Origin: Prasinococcaceae sp. CCMP 1430
Lineage: Eukaryota; Plantae; Prasinodermophyta
Length of the DNA: 64,000 nucleotides
Assembly (NCBI GenBank): GCA_013416795.1
Contig: RQSC01000016.1
Location: forward strand, 1-64,000
Direction: 5' to 3'
A model generated the notes under the pieces. That model was given only the letters and a program-made list of their open reading frames with translations. It was not told the origin of the DNA and made no database searches. Below, piece by piece: positions 41,426 to 52,964 of this stretch (its first letter is position 1; every line of letters begins with the position of its first letter). Both the position numbers and the translations under genes were made by a program.

Positions 41426-43020
41426 GGCTGCTGCGACTAAACGAGGCGGCGGAAAGGGGGTGGCACGAGAGCCGGCGGCGTGGGGAGCGTCGCAATGGCA
41501 GGCGGCGGCGGCGGCAGTGGCGGCAGCTGTCAGCGCATGGGCCGCGGGAGTGCGCCCAGCCGGCGGGCGAAAACACGCGCGAGGGCACGCGGGGCAGGGC
41601 CTGCTACGCTGCGCCGCGCGGCATCGAGCGCAGCGCGCCGCGTCTGCGGCGGGCCTACNNNNNNNNNNNNNNNNNNNNNNNNNNNNNNNNNNNNNNNNNN
41701 NNNNNNNNNNNNNNNNNNNNNNNNNNNNNNNNNNNNNNNNNNNNNNNNNNNNNNNNNNNNNNNNNNNNNNNNNNNNNNNNNNNNNNNNNNNNNNNNNNNN
41801 NNNNNNNNNNNNNNNNNNNNNNNNNNNNNNNNNNNNNNNNNNNNNNNNNNNNNNNNNNNNNNNNNNNNNNNNNNNNNNNNNNNNNNNNNNNNNNNNNNNN
41901 NNNNNNNNNNNNNNNNNNNNNNNNNNNNNNNNNNNNNNNNNNNNNNNNNNNNNNNNNNNNNNNNNNNNNNNNNNNNNNNNNNNNNNNNNNNNNNNNNNNN
42001 NNNNNNNNNNNNNNNNNNNNNNNNNNNNNNNNNNNNNNNNNNNNNNNNNNNNNNNNNNNNNNNNNNNNNNNNNNNNNNNNNNNNNNNNNNNNNNNNNNNN
42101 NNNNNNNNNNNNNNNNNNNNNNNNNNNNNNNNNNNNNNNNNNNNNNNNNNNNNNNNNNNNNNNNNNNNNNNNNNNNNNNNNNNNNNNNNNNNNNNNNNNN
42201 NNNNNNNNNNNNNNNNNNNNNNNNNNNNNNNNNNNNNNNNNNNNNNNNNNNNNNNNNNNNNNNNNNNNNNNNNNNNNNNNNNNNNNNNNNNNNNNNNNNN
42301 NNNNNNNNNNNNNNNNNNNNNNNNNNNNNNNNNNNNNNNNNNNNNNNNNNNNNNNNNNNNNNNNNNNNNNNNNNNNNNNNNNNNNNNNNNNNNNNNNNNN
42401 NNNNNNNNNNNNNNNNNNNNNNNNNNNNNNNNNNNNNNNNNNNNNNNNNNNNNNNNNNNNNNNNNNNNNNNNNNNNNNNNNNNNNNNNNNNNNNNNNNNN
42501 NNNNNNNNNNNNNNNNNNNNNNNNNNNNNNNNNNNNNNNNNNNNNNNNNNNNNNNNNNNNNNNNNNNNNNNNNNNNNNNNNNNNNNNNNNNNNAGCGCGC
42601 GCCTCCGGGGGGCGGGGCGCGGGCAGCGCGACCCCCACGCCCCGCGCGACCCCCACGCCGCGATCGCCCCCGCCAACCCACCCAACCACCCGCATGAGCG
42701 GACACATCCCCCTCCTGCGCCCGCTCGCTCGCCTGCCCGCGCCATGAGACACCCGTACGCCGCGCCCCGCCCCTTGCGCCCGTGCTAGCAGCGCCAGTCC
42801 TCGCGACGGAGCTTCGGGATGCGGTTTGAAATGCGCGTCGGCGATCGGCCGCATGTGCACGCACATCTCGCGGCGCTGACCCCTCCCGTCCTCCGCGCGC
42901 CCCTCTGCACTACCGTACTCGCGCTGCCCCCATGGCCTCCCCCTCGCCCCCTTCGCCCCCTCGCGCCCCTCCGTACCGCCTTCCCGTCTTCCCATGCGTG
43001 GACTCACGCTACGCGCGCAG

Positions 43021-43518
43021 ATGGCCGTCATCGTGATCGAGTCCCCCGAGCAGTACGACAAGGTGTGCGCCGATGCCAAGGCCGAGGGCAAGAAGGTGAT
43101 CGTCGACTTCACGGCGACGTGGTGCGGCCCGTGCAAGATGATCAAGCGTGCGTGAGCGCGCGCGGCGCTCGAGCGCTCGCTTGGGGCCGAGCCTCGCCCG
43201 CGCGCCTCGCGGCGCCACCGCCGCGCGGCGTGCGCTGACCTGCCTGCCATGCGCCGCCCTGCTCGCCACGGCTGCGCGTGCGCCCGTGCCCGCGCCCACC
43301 GCCCGCGCCGCCCCGCAGCCTTCTTCCACGAGCTCGCTGAGGCCACCCCCTCGGTGGTGTTCGTGCAGGTGGACGTCGACGACATGAGCATGATCGCGGA
43401 GAAGGCCCGGGTCTCGGCGATGCCCACCTTCCACGTGTATGATGGCACCGAGAAGGTCGACGAGCTGGTCGGCGCGTCCAAGGACAAGCTCGCGGCGCTC
43501 GCGGCGAAGCACAAGTGA
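43021..43518 (+). CDS. TRXH: Thioredoxin (h-type); join(43021..43147, 43319..43518)
   Basis: VDFTATWCGPCKMI, VDVD and SAMPTF. Phase-1 GT-AG intron. The ATG directly follows a CAG acceptor, suggesting a 5'UTR or leader intron. Confidence 0.92.
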
Positions 43519-43819
43519 GCCGGTGCATCTCGAACGGTGGCCACCGTGCCCAACTCGCGCGAGCTCTCGCAAGTGGGCGTCAGCCGCATGCGCGCGCACC
43601 CCACCCGTGAGTAAGCCAGCGCAATATGACTACTAGCGACACCCGCGAACGACACACGCTCACGTGCCGCCGCGTGGACCGCCGCGGGCGCGCGGAAGGG
43701 CCCGGCGCGCGCTGACCAGCCGTTGGCATGAGACGCGTGCGGAGGCTGGAAGTCTTAGTACATGTTACAGGAACCCGTCGCCACCTGCGCAGCGCGCCGC
43801 AACTCGGCAGCGGGCGACC

Positions 43820-44486
43820 TCACAGTGCCGTGCCGACTCCCTCGTACTCGCTGCTGAATTCCGCAATGAATCGGTCGAGGTCGGGTTGCACGGACGCGAG
43901 GACCTCGGGGTCCATGCGGTCAATGAAAAGCTTCTGGTCCAGGTGATCGTACTCGTGCTGGAAGACGCGCGCCTGGAAGCCGTCAAGCTTGAGGGTCACC
44001 TTCTTGCCGCGCGTGTCTCGCGCCTTGACGACGCACGCGACTGGCCGCTCGACGTCGCCAAACATCTTCGGGAAGCTCAGGCAGCCCTCTTCGAAGGGCT
44101 CGAACTCGTCGGACGTCTCGGTAATCGTCGGGTTGACGAGCGTGTACTCCTTGCCGCGGCCGGGCTCGCCCTCAGGGTTGTACACCATGAGGCGGACGTT
44201 GACACCCACCTGCGGCGCGGCAAGCCCAACGCCGTCCGTCTTGTACATGATGTCGAACATCGCGCGGCTGAGCTTGTGCAGCCGAGCGTCGAACGCAGTG
44301 ACCTCGGCGTTGGGCGCGCGCAGCTTCTCGTGCGGATACTTGAGGATGGAGAGCGGCAGCTCGAACTGGACTGAGTCTGCCCCCTTGCCCTCGCTCTTGA
44401 TGGACGCCATGTCGTCGAGGAACGACGAGCGCTTGCCGCGGCGCGCGGCCATGCAGCGCGCGGCCGCGCGCCGCGCGGCGCGCGGC
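43820..44486 (-). CDS. def: Peptide deformylase, plastid-type (PDF1B-like); N-terminus truncated at the N at 44487
   Basis: GVGLAAPQVG, EEGCLSFP and QHEYDHL motifs, with an Arg/Ala-rich transit-like leader. Confidence 0.92.
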
Positions 44487-44579
44487 NCGCGCGACGTGGG
44501 CTTCCGGCGGCGCTACGGTGCGGCCATCCTCGCGCTCGTGCGGCGGGGCGAGCGCGGCCTCGTCTGTTGTGGCGCAGGG

Positions 44580-47500
44580 ATGGACTTCGAGGCGGGCTTG
44601 CTCGACCACGCGGAGGCGCGTGGGCCGTTCACGCGCTGGCCGCGCCGCACAGTCCGGCTGAGCGCCGACGCGACAGCGCTCGAGTGGGCAGATGAGAAGG
44701 TGCGCGCGCCTGCCGAACCGCGCAGCGACGCGACGCGACGCCATCGGCCATGGCTGTGGTGGGCGCTTGCCCGGCACGCGATCCCCAGGCCCCACACACC
44801 GCGCCCCGCCCCACCCCACCCATCCACCCCTTCCACCGCCCGGAGCGCTGACCCGATGGGCCTCACCGTGCTCGTCTGGCGCGATTCAACGCAGGCGCTC
44901 GGTGATGAGTTCATGCCCGCGCTCGGCTCAATGCCGCTCGCCGGTTGCAGGCTTGGCAAGGCGCCACCACCGGTAGCGACCGAGGCGGAGGTCGAGGCGG
45001 CATCCCCCGGCGCAGGATTCATGGCGCGAGCCAAGGTGCGCGCGTGCGCTCGTGCGCCCTGTGTGGCCGCTCAAGGCACCACCCATCCCGGCAAAACGCG
45101 CATCCGACTGCGAATGCGAGCGCCCAATCTCTGCTAACGAGAGCGCGTCTACGCCTGTGAGCCCCTCGCAGGCCGCCGCCGCGAAGGCCGCGCGTGCTGG
45201 CGAAAAGCAGCACCTGTTTGCCATCGAGGCGCCCGCAGACGCGGCAGCGGCGGCACCCGCCGACGGGGCGACGCCCGGGACGCCCGCGAGGCAAGCAGAC
45301 CCGCGGAGAGAGCAATTTGCTTGTGAGAGCGACGAGGCTGTCAACGCGTGGATCCGCAAGCTGCAGGCGGCCATCGAGATGGCCAATGTGCTCGCCGAGT
45401 CCGCTGCGGAGGCTGCCGCCGCGCAGGGGGGGGTAATGGCAGCGGCAGATGCCGCGCCGACTGAGGTTGCGTCGCCTCTTGGCACGCCAGCACCTGTGGG
45501 CGTAACGTTTGCGCCCACGGAGACTCCAGCGCCGACCGCAGGGGCGATGGTGAGAGCGCGCGTGCGCATGCGAGCGTCCAGGTATGCGCGCACCCCTCCA
45601 TCGTCCTGTCCTATTCGCTGGCACTGCGCTGCGCATTGCTCTCGCATATGCACTGACGCAGCCCACGGATGCAGCCTGCCTCGGTGGTCAAAACGCCAGC
45701 CACGCTGCGCCGGCTCTTGTCAACCGACGTCCTGGACGCACTGCAGCGGCAGCTCAGCGAGGCCGCCATGGTATCGCTCGCCAACGAGCTAGATGCGGCA
45801 GTGACGCCCGCGCAGCGCGAGCGCCCAGCTGGCGATGCCGACACCGACGCCGTTGAAAATCCCTTCACTGGCTCGACCGCCACAATGGTCGAGGCCAACG
45901 CGTCCGAAGCGATGCAGTCGTTGCGTGGGCAGCTCGCCGACGCGTCTGCGGCTTTGCATGAGGCTGAGGCAGTGGCCGCCACCAAGGATGCCGAGATGGC
46001 TTCAGTCAAGGAGGCCGCGCGACTGCTCGAAGAGCAACTTGCGCGCGCCACTGCCTCCGACACTGTGACAACAGGAAGCCCTGGGGAAGGCTTTGTTGCT
46101 GCAGAGGAGGTCGCCAGCTTGCGTGCGGCTCTTGAGGCCAGCCAAACTGACTTATCTACCGCAGAGAGCAGTCGCGCCGCTCTGCAAAAGCGCTTAGAGG
46201 CGGCCGAAACAGAGAAGGCAGCAGCTGAAGATGGCAGATGCACGTTCGAAGAGAGGGCCTCTGCAGCCGAAGCTGCGAGGGCAGCCCTCGAGGAGCGATT
46301 GACTGACGCAGAGGCGAGGCTGTCGGCTGCGGCAACATCGCAGGCAGCTGCTGACGAGAGCGCCGCAGAGGTGTCCGGCCTCAAGGCGGAGCTTGTGGCA
46401 GTCAAGGCCGAGGCACAGACCGAGCGCGCTGAGCTCCAGCGACAAGTTGATGACGCCATCGCCGCAGCGGGCGCTGCTCAGGAGGCTGCTGACGCGGCGG
46501 GCGCCGCGACGGAGACCTCTAAGGCCGACCTGGAGGGTTGCAAGGCTGAGCTCGAGGCTTGCAAAGGCGATCTGAAGGCCTCCAGCGCGAGGGCTGCTGA
46601 GGCTCAGGCTCAGGCTGAGACTGCGGCTGCGGAGGCTGTCGCTCTGCGTGAGCAGCTGGCAGCGGCAGCAGCGGGCTCTGAGCAGCAGAATGCCGCCGCG
46701 GCGGCGAAGGACGCCCAAGTTACCGCACTCGGCGAGCAGCTAGAGATGAGCAAAGCTGAGCTTGCTGCAGTCAGCACAGAGCTTACCTCTTGCAAGAGCG
46801 AGATGGATGCAAGGATAGCGGAAGCTCGTACTGAAGTCAATGCGGCGGTCGCCGATGCAGGATCACTGCGTGAGCAACTTGATGCCGCAACGATTGGCTC
46901 TGACCAAAGCTCGGCGATGCTGGCAGCGCGCGACGCTGAGGTGTCAAAACTTCACGACCAGCTCATGTCTTCCAAGACCGAGCTCGAATCTTCGAAGGGC
47001 GAGATTGAGGCTGCGAAGAGTGAGTTGAACTCGTCAAAGTCGGCGCTCGAGGCCTCAAAGACTGAGCTCGACGCTGCGAACGCCAAGCTTGCTGAGGCGC
47101 TGGCGCAGGCCGAGTCGGCCGCCACGGAGGCCAGTGCTCTGCGCGAGCAGCTGACGGCAGCAGCTACGGGCTCTGAGGAGCAGGTTGCTCGGGCGGGTTC
47201 TCTGGCTACCCAGCTGGCCGAGGCCACCACCAAGGCGGCCGAGGCCGAAGGCGCGTGTGCGTCGCTCGAGGAGAAGCTTGCGGCGTCCGAGGCGAGCAAG
47301 GCGGCCGTCGAAGCCGCCAAGGCCGATCTCGAGCAGAGGCTGGCTGCGGTCGAGGCCGACAGGTCGGTGGCCGTCACTGAGGCCAATGAGGCGTCCGGTG
47401 CATTGCGCGAGTAGCTCAGTGAGGCTCGCGCGGCGCTGGCGGCTGTGTCGGCTGCATCTAGCAAGCGCGAGGCAGACCTTGCTGACGCCGAAGCACGCAT

Positions 47501-48584
47501 CTCCGATGCCAACAAGCGCCTTGCAGAAGCGACTGGAGGTCAGGTCGATCGCGAGGCGGGCCTCGCCGCAGTCGAAGAGGAGCTAACGATGTTGAAGGCG
47601 CAATTGGCGAGCACCGTGGCCGAAAAACAGGCGGAAATTGATGCCGCTGTTGCTGCTAAGGAGGCCGCGTTGGCTGAAAAGGCGGCCGCCGTGTCGGAAC
47701 TTGAGGAAGCCGAGACTGCGATGGGGGAGGCGACCGACCAACTGGTTGCCTCGGCCAAGGCGGCCGCCGCCGAAGCGGTGGCGGCCGCTGGTGACGAGAT
47801 CGCACGACTCAGCGCCGATCGCGACGACCTAGCGCGCGAGCTTCAGGATGCACGTGCTCAGGCAGTGGAGGCGCGCAAGAACGCTGAGGATGCGCAGGCA
47901 GGGGCATCGGCAACAGCAGTACTTGAAGAGCAGCTTGGACAGGCACGTGGGGCGCTCCAGTCCGAGCAGACGCGCGCGCGTGCTGCGCTCGACGATGCAC
48001 AGCAGAAGCTCTCAGATGCACAGGCCGCACTCGTGCAAGAGCGCTCGCGAACGGCGCTCGTCGAGCAGCAGGCCGCCGACGCGGCCGAGCAAGCGTTACA
48101 GACCAAGACGCTCGCGCGCTCAAAGCTGGGCGAGCTGCAGGCGGAACTCGCGCAGGCGACTGCCGCAGCGGACGAAGCACGCGCGGAGGTCAGCGCTCTT
48201 CGCCGCTCAGAGGCGCAATCTGCCGTTGCCGCCGCCGCGGCTGCTGAGGAGGCTGGTACACATCGCGAAAGTGCCGCCGCCGCCGAGGAGGCGCGTGAGC
48301 ACGCTCGTTCGTCCGAGCGCGCGCTGGCCACCGAGCGCGCGCGCGTGGACGCGCTGCGCGCTGACCTCGAGCGCAACGACCGCGAGCTCGAGTTGCTTCG
48401 CGCCGAGCTCGCTGAGGTCGACTCTGTGCCTTGCCTACCTCTCCTGCGCAGGTTCGCGCCCATGCGCGGGCGCGGGGCATTCTCGCGCCCCGGTGGCGCG
48501 GCCTTTGGCGCCGCGGAGACGCTTGCTGACGGGGATGGCGAGATGATGATGATGCCGCTCCGTGGCGGCAGCGTTGAACTGTGA
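44580..48584 (+). CDS. PH domain + long Ala/Glu coiled-coil protein with an internal in-frame TAG at 47412; join(44580..44699, 44895..45035, 45172..45549, 45675..48584)
   Basis: PH elements RWPRRTVRL...LEW, HLFAI and EQFACESDEAVNAWIRKLQAAI are joined by three phase-0 GT-AG introns. The heptad-rich frame continues on both sides of the TAG. Confidence 0.68.
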
Positions 48585-48957
48585 GCGCACTAATGCCAGT
48601 AAATCTCACGCGCGTGTATTTCACCAGCGGCAACGCAGGCACGTAGAGCGTGAGCGCATCTACGCCCAGGCGCGCCGCGACGATTCCCGCGGCAGCTGCC
48701 GCGGCACAGAGCGCGCGGTCCTCACAGCAGCTCAGGCGCGCTGACGCCCCCGTGTTGCGCACCGTTGCTGCCGTTATTGCGGTTGTCTGTGCGCGCACGT
48801 GCGCACGCAGGCTCTGCGCAGGATGCGCACTGCGGCACCAGCACCAGGCGCGCGGGAACCGGCGCCAGGCCGTACCACACTGCGCGCTGCGTGAACGCAT
48901 CTAGCAGGCAGCGCAAAGCGCCTCGAAGCGCGCGCGCGCGCACGCGCGTGCGCGTGC

Positions 48958-50251
48958 ATGGCGACCCTATTGCATCGTGCCCGCGTGCGATCGTACGCGG
49001 CGCTCCTTACAGCAGCGGCGGTGCTCGTTGCTGCCGCACACGCTCCCACCAGCGGCGCCGCCGCCTCTGCCATGAGTGCGCCGCCGTCGCTGCCGCTGCG
49101 GCCAGTGGCCGTGGGCTACCTGCCCGAGTGGAGGCTCCCAGGCGCCGACTACGTGCAGTACGCACGCCACTTGACGCACCTGATCTTCTTCAGCGTTGAG
49201 CCAACGCCAGCGGGCGGGCTTACTGCCGTCGACCGGCTGCCGTCTAAGACAGATATAGCCGAGGCGCGCGCGGCCGCCAAGCGGGAGGGCGCCAACCTCA
49301 AGCTCCTCGTGTGCCTCGGTGGCAATGGGCGCTCTGCAGGCTTCAGCGGCGCGACAGCTCGCAAGAGGACGCGTCGCAAGCTCGTCTCCAACGTCGCCAA
49401 GCTGGTGTCGGACCTCGCGCTCGATGGGGTCGACTACAACTGGGAGTATCCAGGCTTCGCTTTTGGCGCAGGCTATGCAGACGACGACACCGTCGATCGC
49501 GAGTTCGACGCACTCGCGGCGCTCGTGGCTGACACGCGCGTGGTGCTCGGCGAGGGTGCGGTCATCACGGCCGCGTACTACCCTGACGGGCGACAAGAGC
49601 GCCTCCTAGCCGAGCGAGGCGTGCACCAGCATGCTAACCTCCTGCACGCGATGAGCTACGACGCCGCGCGCGGGCCGCACTCCTCCATGCAGCTGCTCGA
49701 GAGCACGCTCGCCAACGCGCGCAGGGCGGGCCTTCCATTGGCTGCGGTCACGGTCGGGTTGCCATTCTATGGACGAGGGATGAGCACGGGCGGTTGGACC
49801 AGCTACGAGGACATTGTGCAGCGATACGATCCGCTGGAGCCCTCAGTTGACGACGTGCGCGACGAGACCAGCGGCGAGCAGCTCTCATTCAACGGCGTGG
49901 GTACCATCGAGAAGAAGGTACGAAGCGCTCACGCGGGGGCCTTTGCGCTCTTTGGTGTTATCGGCGTGCAATGCATCCGAGCATACAGCTGACAAGCGTG
50001 TACATTCGCCGTGGGTGCATTGGGCGCGACGTGGACAGGCTCAGAGAGTGTTGCGCGGCGGCGCGGCGGGCGTTATGATATGGGAAGCGGGGCAGGACTG
50101 CCGCGTCCGCGAAGTCGTACGCGGAGGACAGGTGCACGCGATGACGTGTCCGCGAGGCGAAGTGAGTTCGTTGCTAGCTGCGGTGGCGCGCGGTCTTGAG
50201 CGCGCCGCGGCGGACGGGAAAGCAGGCGCCTCTTCCCGCGACGAGCTATGA
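48958..50251 (+). CDS. Secreted GH18 chitinase-like protein; join(48958..49917, 50039..50251)
   Basis: Signal-like leader, VGYLPEW, KLLVCLGG, LDGVDYNWEYP, AMSYD, GLPFYGR, and GVMIWEAGQD after a phase-0 intron. Confidence 0.85.
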
Positions 50252-50980
50252 TGCGTTCGGGACTTGCCAACCAAACACGTGCTGTACTTTCTCCGGCCAT
50301 GACAGCACAGGCGCAGCTGCACCCGCGAGCGCCGCTGCCATGCTGGCGGCGAGCGGCGCGCTCCGTAGCGGCGCCTCGGTCGGAAGTCGGAACACACACA
50401 CACCACGACGTCAGGCAACCTGCATGCAGTTTCCGTGCACGCAGCAGGAGCAGGGCCCGATTGCGAAGCGCACCGCCTTTCCTTACCGGGGCCGGGCGGA
50501 ACGAACACCGCGCTGCGGAGCGCTGGCTGACCGCCGCCCCCGGCCAGCGCGGCCGGACCGACCGAGCCCACGCCCTCCCGCATCGCACACGCCCCGCGTC
50601 CGATCCGTCCGGCCGGGGGTGCGCTGCGGGCGCGNNNNNNNNNNNNNNNNNNNNNNNNNNNNNNNNNNNNNNNNNNNNNNNNNNNNNNNNNNNNNNNNNN
50701 NNNNNNNNNNNNNNNNNNNNNNNNNNNNNNNNNNNNNNNNNNNNNNNNNNNNNNNNNNNNNNNNNNNNNNNNNNNNNNNNNNNNNNNNNNNNNNNNNNNN
50801 NNNNNNNNNNNNNNNNNNNNNNNNNNNNNNNNNNNNNNNNNNNNNNNNNNNNNNNNNNNCGGCCCGGTCGACGCGGGGTGCACGGGTGCGCGCGGGAGCA
50901 CCCGCGCGCGGGAGCACCCGCGCGCGGGAGTGCGGGGCGCTGCCAAGGCCTCTCGCGCGCCCGGCCGCATGCGCGCTGCC

Positions 50981-52777
50981 ATGGGCAAGGGCGACCACGC
51001 GGAGCTCGTCGCACAGGCAGACACGCGCGAGGCAGAGGTGCGCTCGATCTTCAAGAAATATGACATCGACCAGTCGGACACCATCGAGGAGGACGAACTC
51101 ATGGCGCTGCTGGACGACCTCGGCCTGCTCGACGGCATCGAGGATCGCGTGAGCTTCGTCATCAACGCCTTCGACTTCGCCGACGAGAACCACGATGGAC
51201 TGATCTCCTTCGAAGAGTTCAAGACGTTCTACAAGTGCGCGAAAGACGCGGCGGCGGGCAAACCCGTCGACGGTTGGAGCACCTCCCAGGACACGGCGAA
51301 GAAGAAGAAGGGTGGCATCAAGGGCAAAGACGTAAAGGCGCTCTCCCCCGAGATCGAACAGGCTCGCAAGGCAGCCGAGAGAGAGCGGCTGCGTAAGAAG
51401 TCCGAGCAGGCGAACAGGATTGCTCAGGAGAATCGCGAGCTGGGTGACAGGCTGAAGGCGAACATGAAGGGCCGCGACTCAAAGGCCCTCTCTGCGGAGA
51501 TAGACAACGCGCGCCGCGAGGCCGCACTGCGTCGCAAGGAGGCTAAGGCCGACCGCGAACGCATGATCAGGGAAGAGAACAAGCGCATGAGGGAGCGCGT
51601 CAAAAAGACCACGGCCAAGGACGAGAAGGGTCTGTCCGCAGAGACGCTTTCCGCTCGCAAGGAAGCGCGAAGGCGATCATCTGAGCTCAACGAGGCGCAC
51701 GCAGCCACGCTCGCAGAGGGCAACAGGGCCATGCTGTCCAGGATCGCCAGCGCCAGCGGGAGAGACGAGAAGGGCCTCTCTCCGCAGACGCTCTCCGCCC
51801 GCAAGGTGGCGCGAAGGCGGTCATTTGAGCTCAACGAGGCGCATGCAGCCACGCTCGCAGAGGGCAACAGGGCCATGCTGTCCAGGATCGCCAGCGCCAG
51901 CGGGAGAGACGAGAAGGGCCTCTCCGCGGCGACACTCGCCGCGAGAAAGCGCGTCGCGAAAGAGTCGGTCGATGCCAAGGCAGCGTACGAGAAGGCACTG
52001 CGCGCCGAGAACCGTCAGATGGCCTATGTCCTCGCAAACACTGAGGGCAGGGACGAGAAGGGCCTTTCCGCGGAGACCTTGGCGGCGCGTAGAAAGGTCG
52101 CTGCGGAGTCCAAGGCGGCGGCCGCCGCCCACGAGGAGGCGCTGCGCAAGGAAAATGCGGCCATGGCCGTCCTCCTCTCGAAGGTGGAAGGCAAGGATGT
52201 CAAGGGTCTCAGCGCGGAAACGCTCGCGGCACGCAAGAGGATCGCCCAGGAGAGCGCCGATGCCAAGGCCGCCTATGAAGAAAAACTCGCCGCAGAAAAC
52301 TTCATTCTCGCGAACAAGCTCGATGGCGCGACCGGTCGCGACGAGAAGGGTCTCTCGGCCAGGACCCTCGCAATGCGCAAGCAAGTGGCCGCCGAGTCTG
52401 CCGCCGCCAAGGCGGCGTACGAAGATGCGCTCGCCGCAGAGAACAAGCAAATGCACGACATCTTGTCCAACGTCGAGGGCAAGGACGAGAAGGGTTTGTC
52501 CGCGGAGGTACTCGCAGCGCGCAAGGAGATCGCCGAGTACTCAGCGGCGGCCAAAGCCGCGCACCAGATGGCACTTCGAGACGAGAATGCCGCCATGGCT
52601 GAGTTGCTTGCAAACACAGAGGGACGCGATGAGAAGGGCCTCTCCGCGGAGACCTTGGCTGCGCGCAGGCGAATCGCTGAGGAGAAGGCGGCTGCCAAAG
52701 CAGCGTACGAAGCTGCACTCGCCGCAGAGAACAGGGCTATAGCCGATCACCTCGCGGGCACAGGTGCTTTTTACTGA
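50981..52777 (+). CDS. Protein with two EF-hands followed by ten tandem ~48-aa repeats
   Basis: EF loops DIDQSDTIEEDE and DENHDGLISFEE. Repeat consensus G(R/K)DEKGLSAETLAARK..A..S..AKAA(Y/H)E.AL..EN..M...L. Confidence 0.82.
   Translation: MGKGDHAELVAQADTREAEVRSIFKKYDIDQSDTIEEDELMALLDDLGLLDGIEDRVSFVINAFDFADENHDGLISFEEFKTFYKCAKDAAAGKPVDGWSTSQDTAKKKKGGIKGKDVKALSPEIEQARKAAERERLRKKSEQANRIAQENRELGDRLKANMKGRDSKALSAEIDNARREAALRRKEAKADRERMIREENKRMRERVKKTTAKDEKGLSAETLSARKEARRRSSELNEAHAATLAEGNRAMLSRIASASGRDEKGLSPQTLSARKVARRRSFELNEAHAATLAEGNRAMLSRIASASGRDEKGLSAATLAARKRVAKESVDAKAAYEKALRAENRQMAYVLANTEGRDEKGLSAETLAARRKVAAESKAAAAAHEEALRKENAAMAVLLSKVEGKDVKGLSAETLAARKRIAQESADAKAAYEEKLAAENFILANKLDGATGRDEKGLSARTLAMRKQVAAESAAAKAAYEDALAAENKQMHDILSNVEGKDEKGLSAEVLAARKEIAEYSAAAKAAHQMALRDENAAMAELLANTEGRDEKGLSAETLAARRRIAEEKAAAKAAYEAALAAENRAIADHLAGTGAFY
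51620..51907 (+). repeat. Near-identical 144-bp tandem duplication within the 48-aa repeat array
   Basis: Units start at 51620, 51764 and 51908 (gacgagaaggg). The 3' halves of the first two units are almost identical. Confidence 0.9.
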
Positions 52778-52964
52778 CTTCCGAGCGTAGGAGCCAAGAT
52801 GCTCACAGAGGTACGGCGATGCGTCCCCAGGCTCGTCTCTACCGTACGTGCGCTCGCACACACAGCGGAGACTGCCGTCCACACCTAGCTGCACTAGACA
52901 AGCGCATCGAATCCAGTTTGTTAGTATTAGTTTAATAAGGGGGCACCCTCTCACATGCACGTTA

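Noticed and set aside
47412-47414. Genome-wide TAG/TAA-to-Gln reassignment, as in some ulvophyte algae
   Set aside because: Conserved genes in the window end at TAG or TAA at the expected C-termini (SAM carrier, ABITRAM, G-patch gene, AHAS subunit, SEC3), and the long ORFs contain no other internal TAR codons.
47445-48584. The downstream coiled-coil ORF as an independent gene
   Set aside because: It is in the same frame as the upstream ORF with zero spacer, continues the same heptad pattern, and has no room for a promoter.
6999-50038. Introner-like (repeated, mobile) introns
   Set aside because: By eye the roughly 20 inferred introns share only GT(G/A)(C/A)G-type donors, CTGAC/CTAAC branch motifs and (GC)n runs, with no extended mutual similarity or terminal repeats. 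A genome-wide comparison would be needed to exclude it fully.
30867-50251. A metabolic gene cluster made of the acyl-CoA ligase, LysM-carrier, GT29 and GH18
   Set aside because: These genes are interspersed with unrelated housekeeping genes (SUMO, AHAS, RPS29, TRX, PDF). Nothing in the sequence indicates co-regulation, so proximity alone is not evidence.
51300-52760. Regularly spaced repeats as a possible CRISPR array
   Set aside because: The period is 144 nt, in frame and degenerate at synonymous positions. It is a protein repeat with no unique spacers, in a eukaryotic context with no cas genes.
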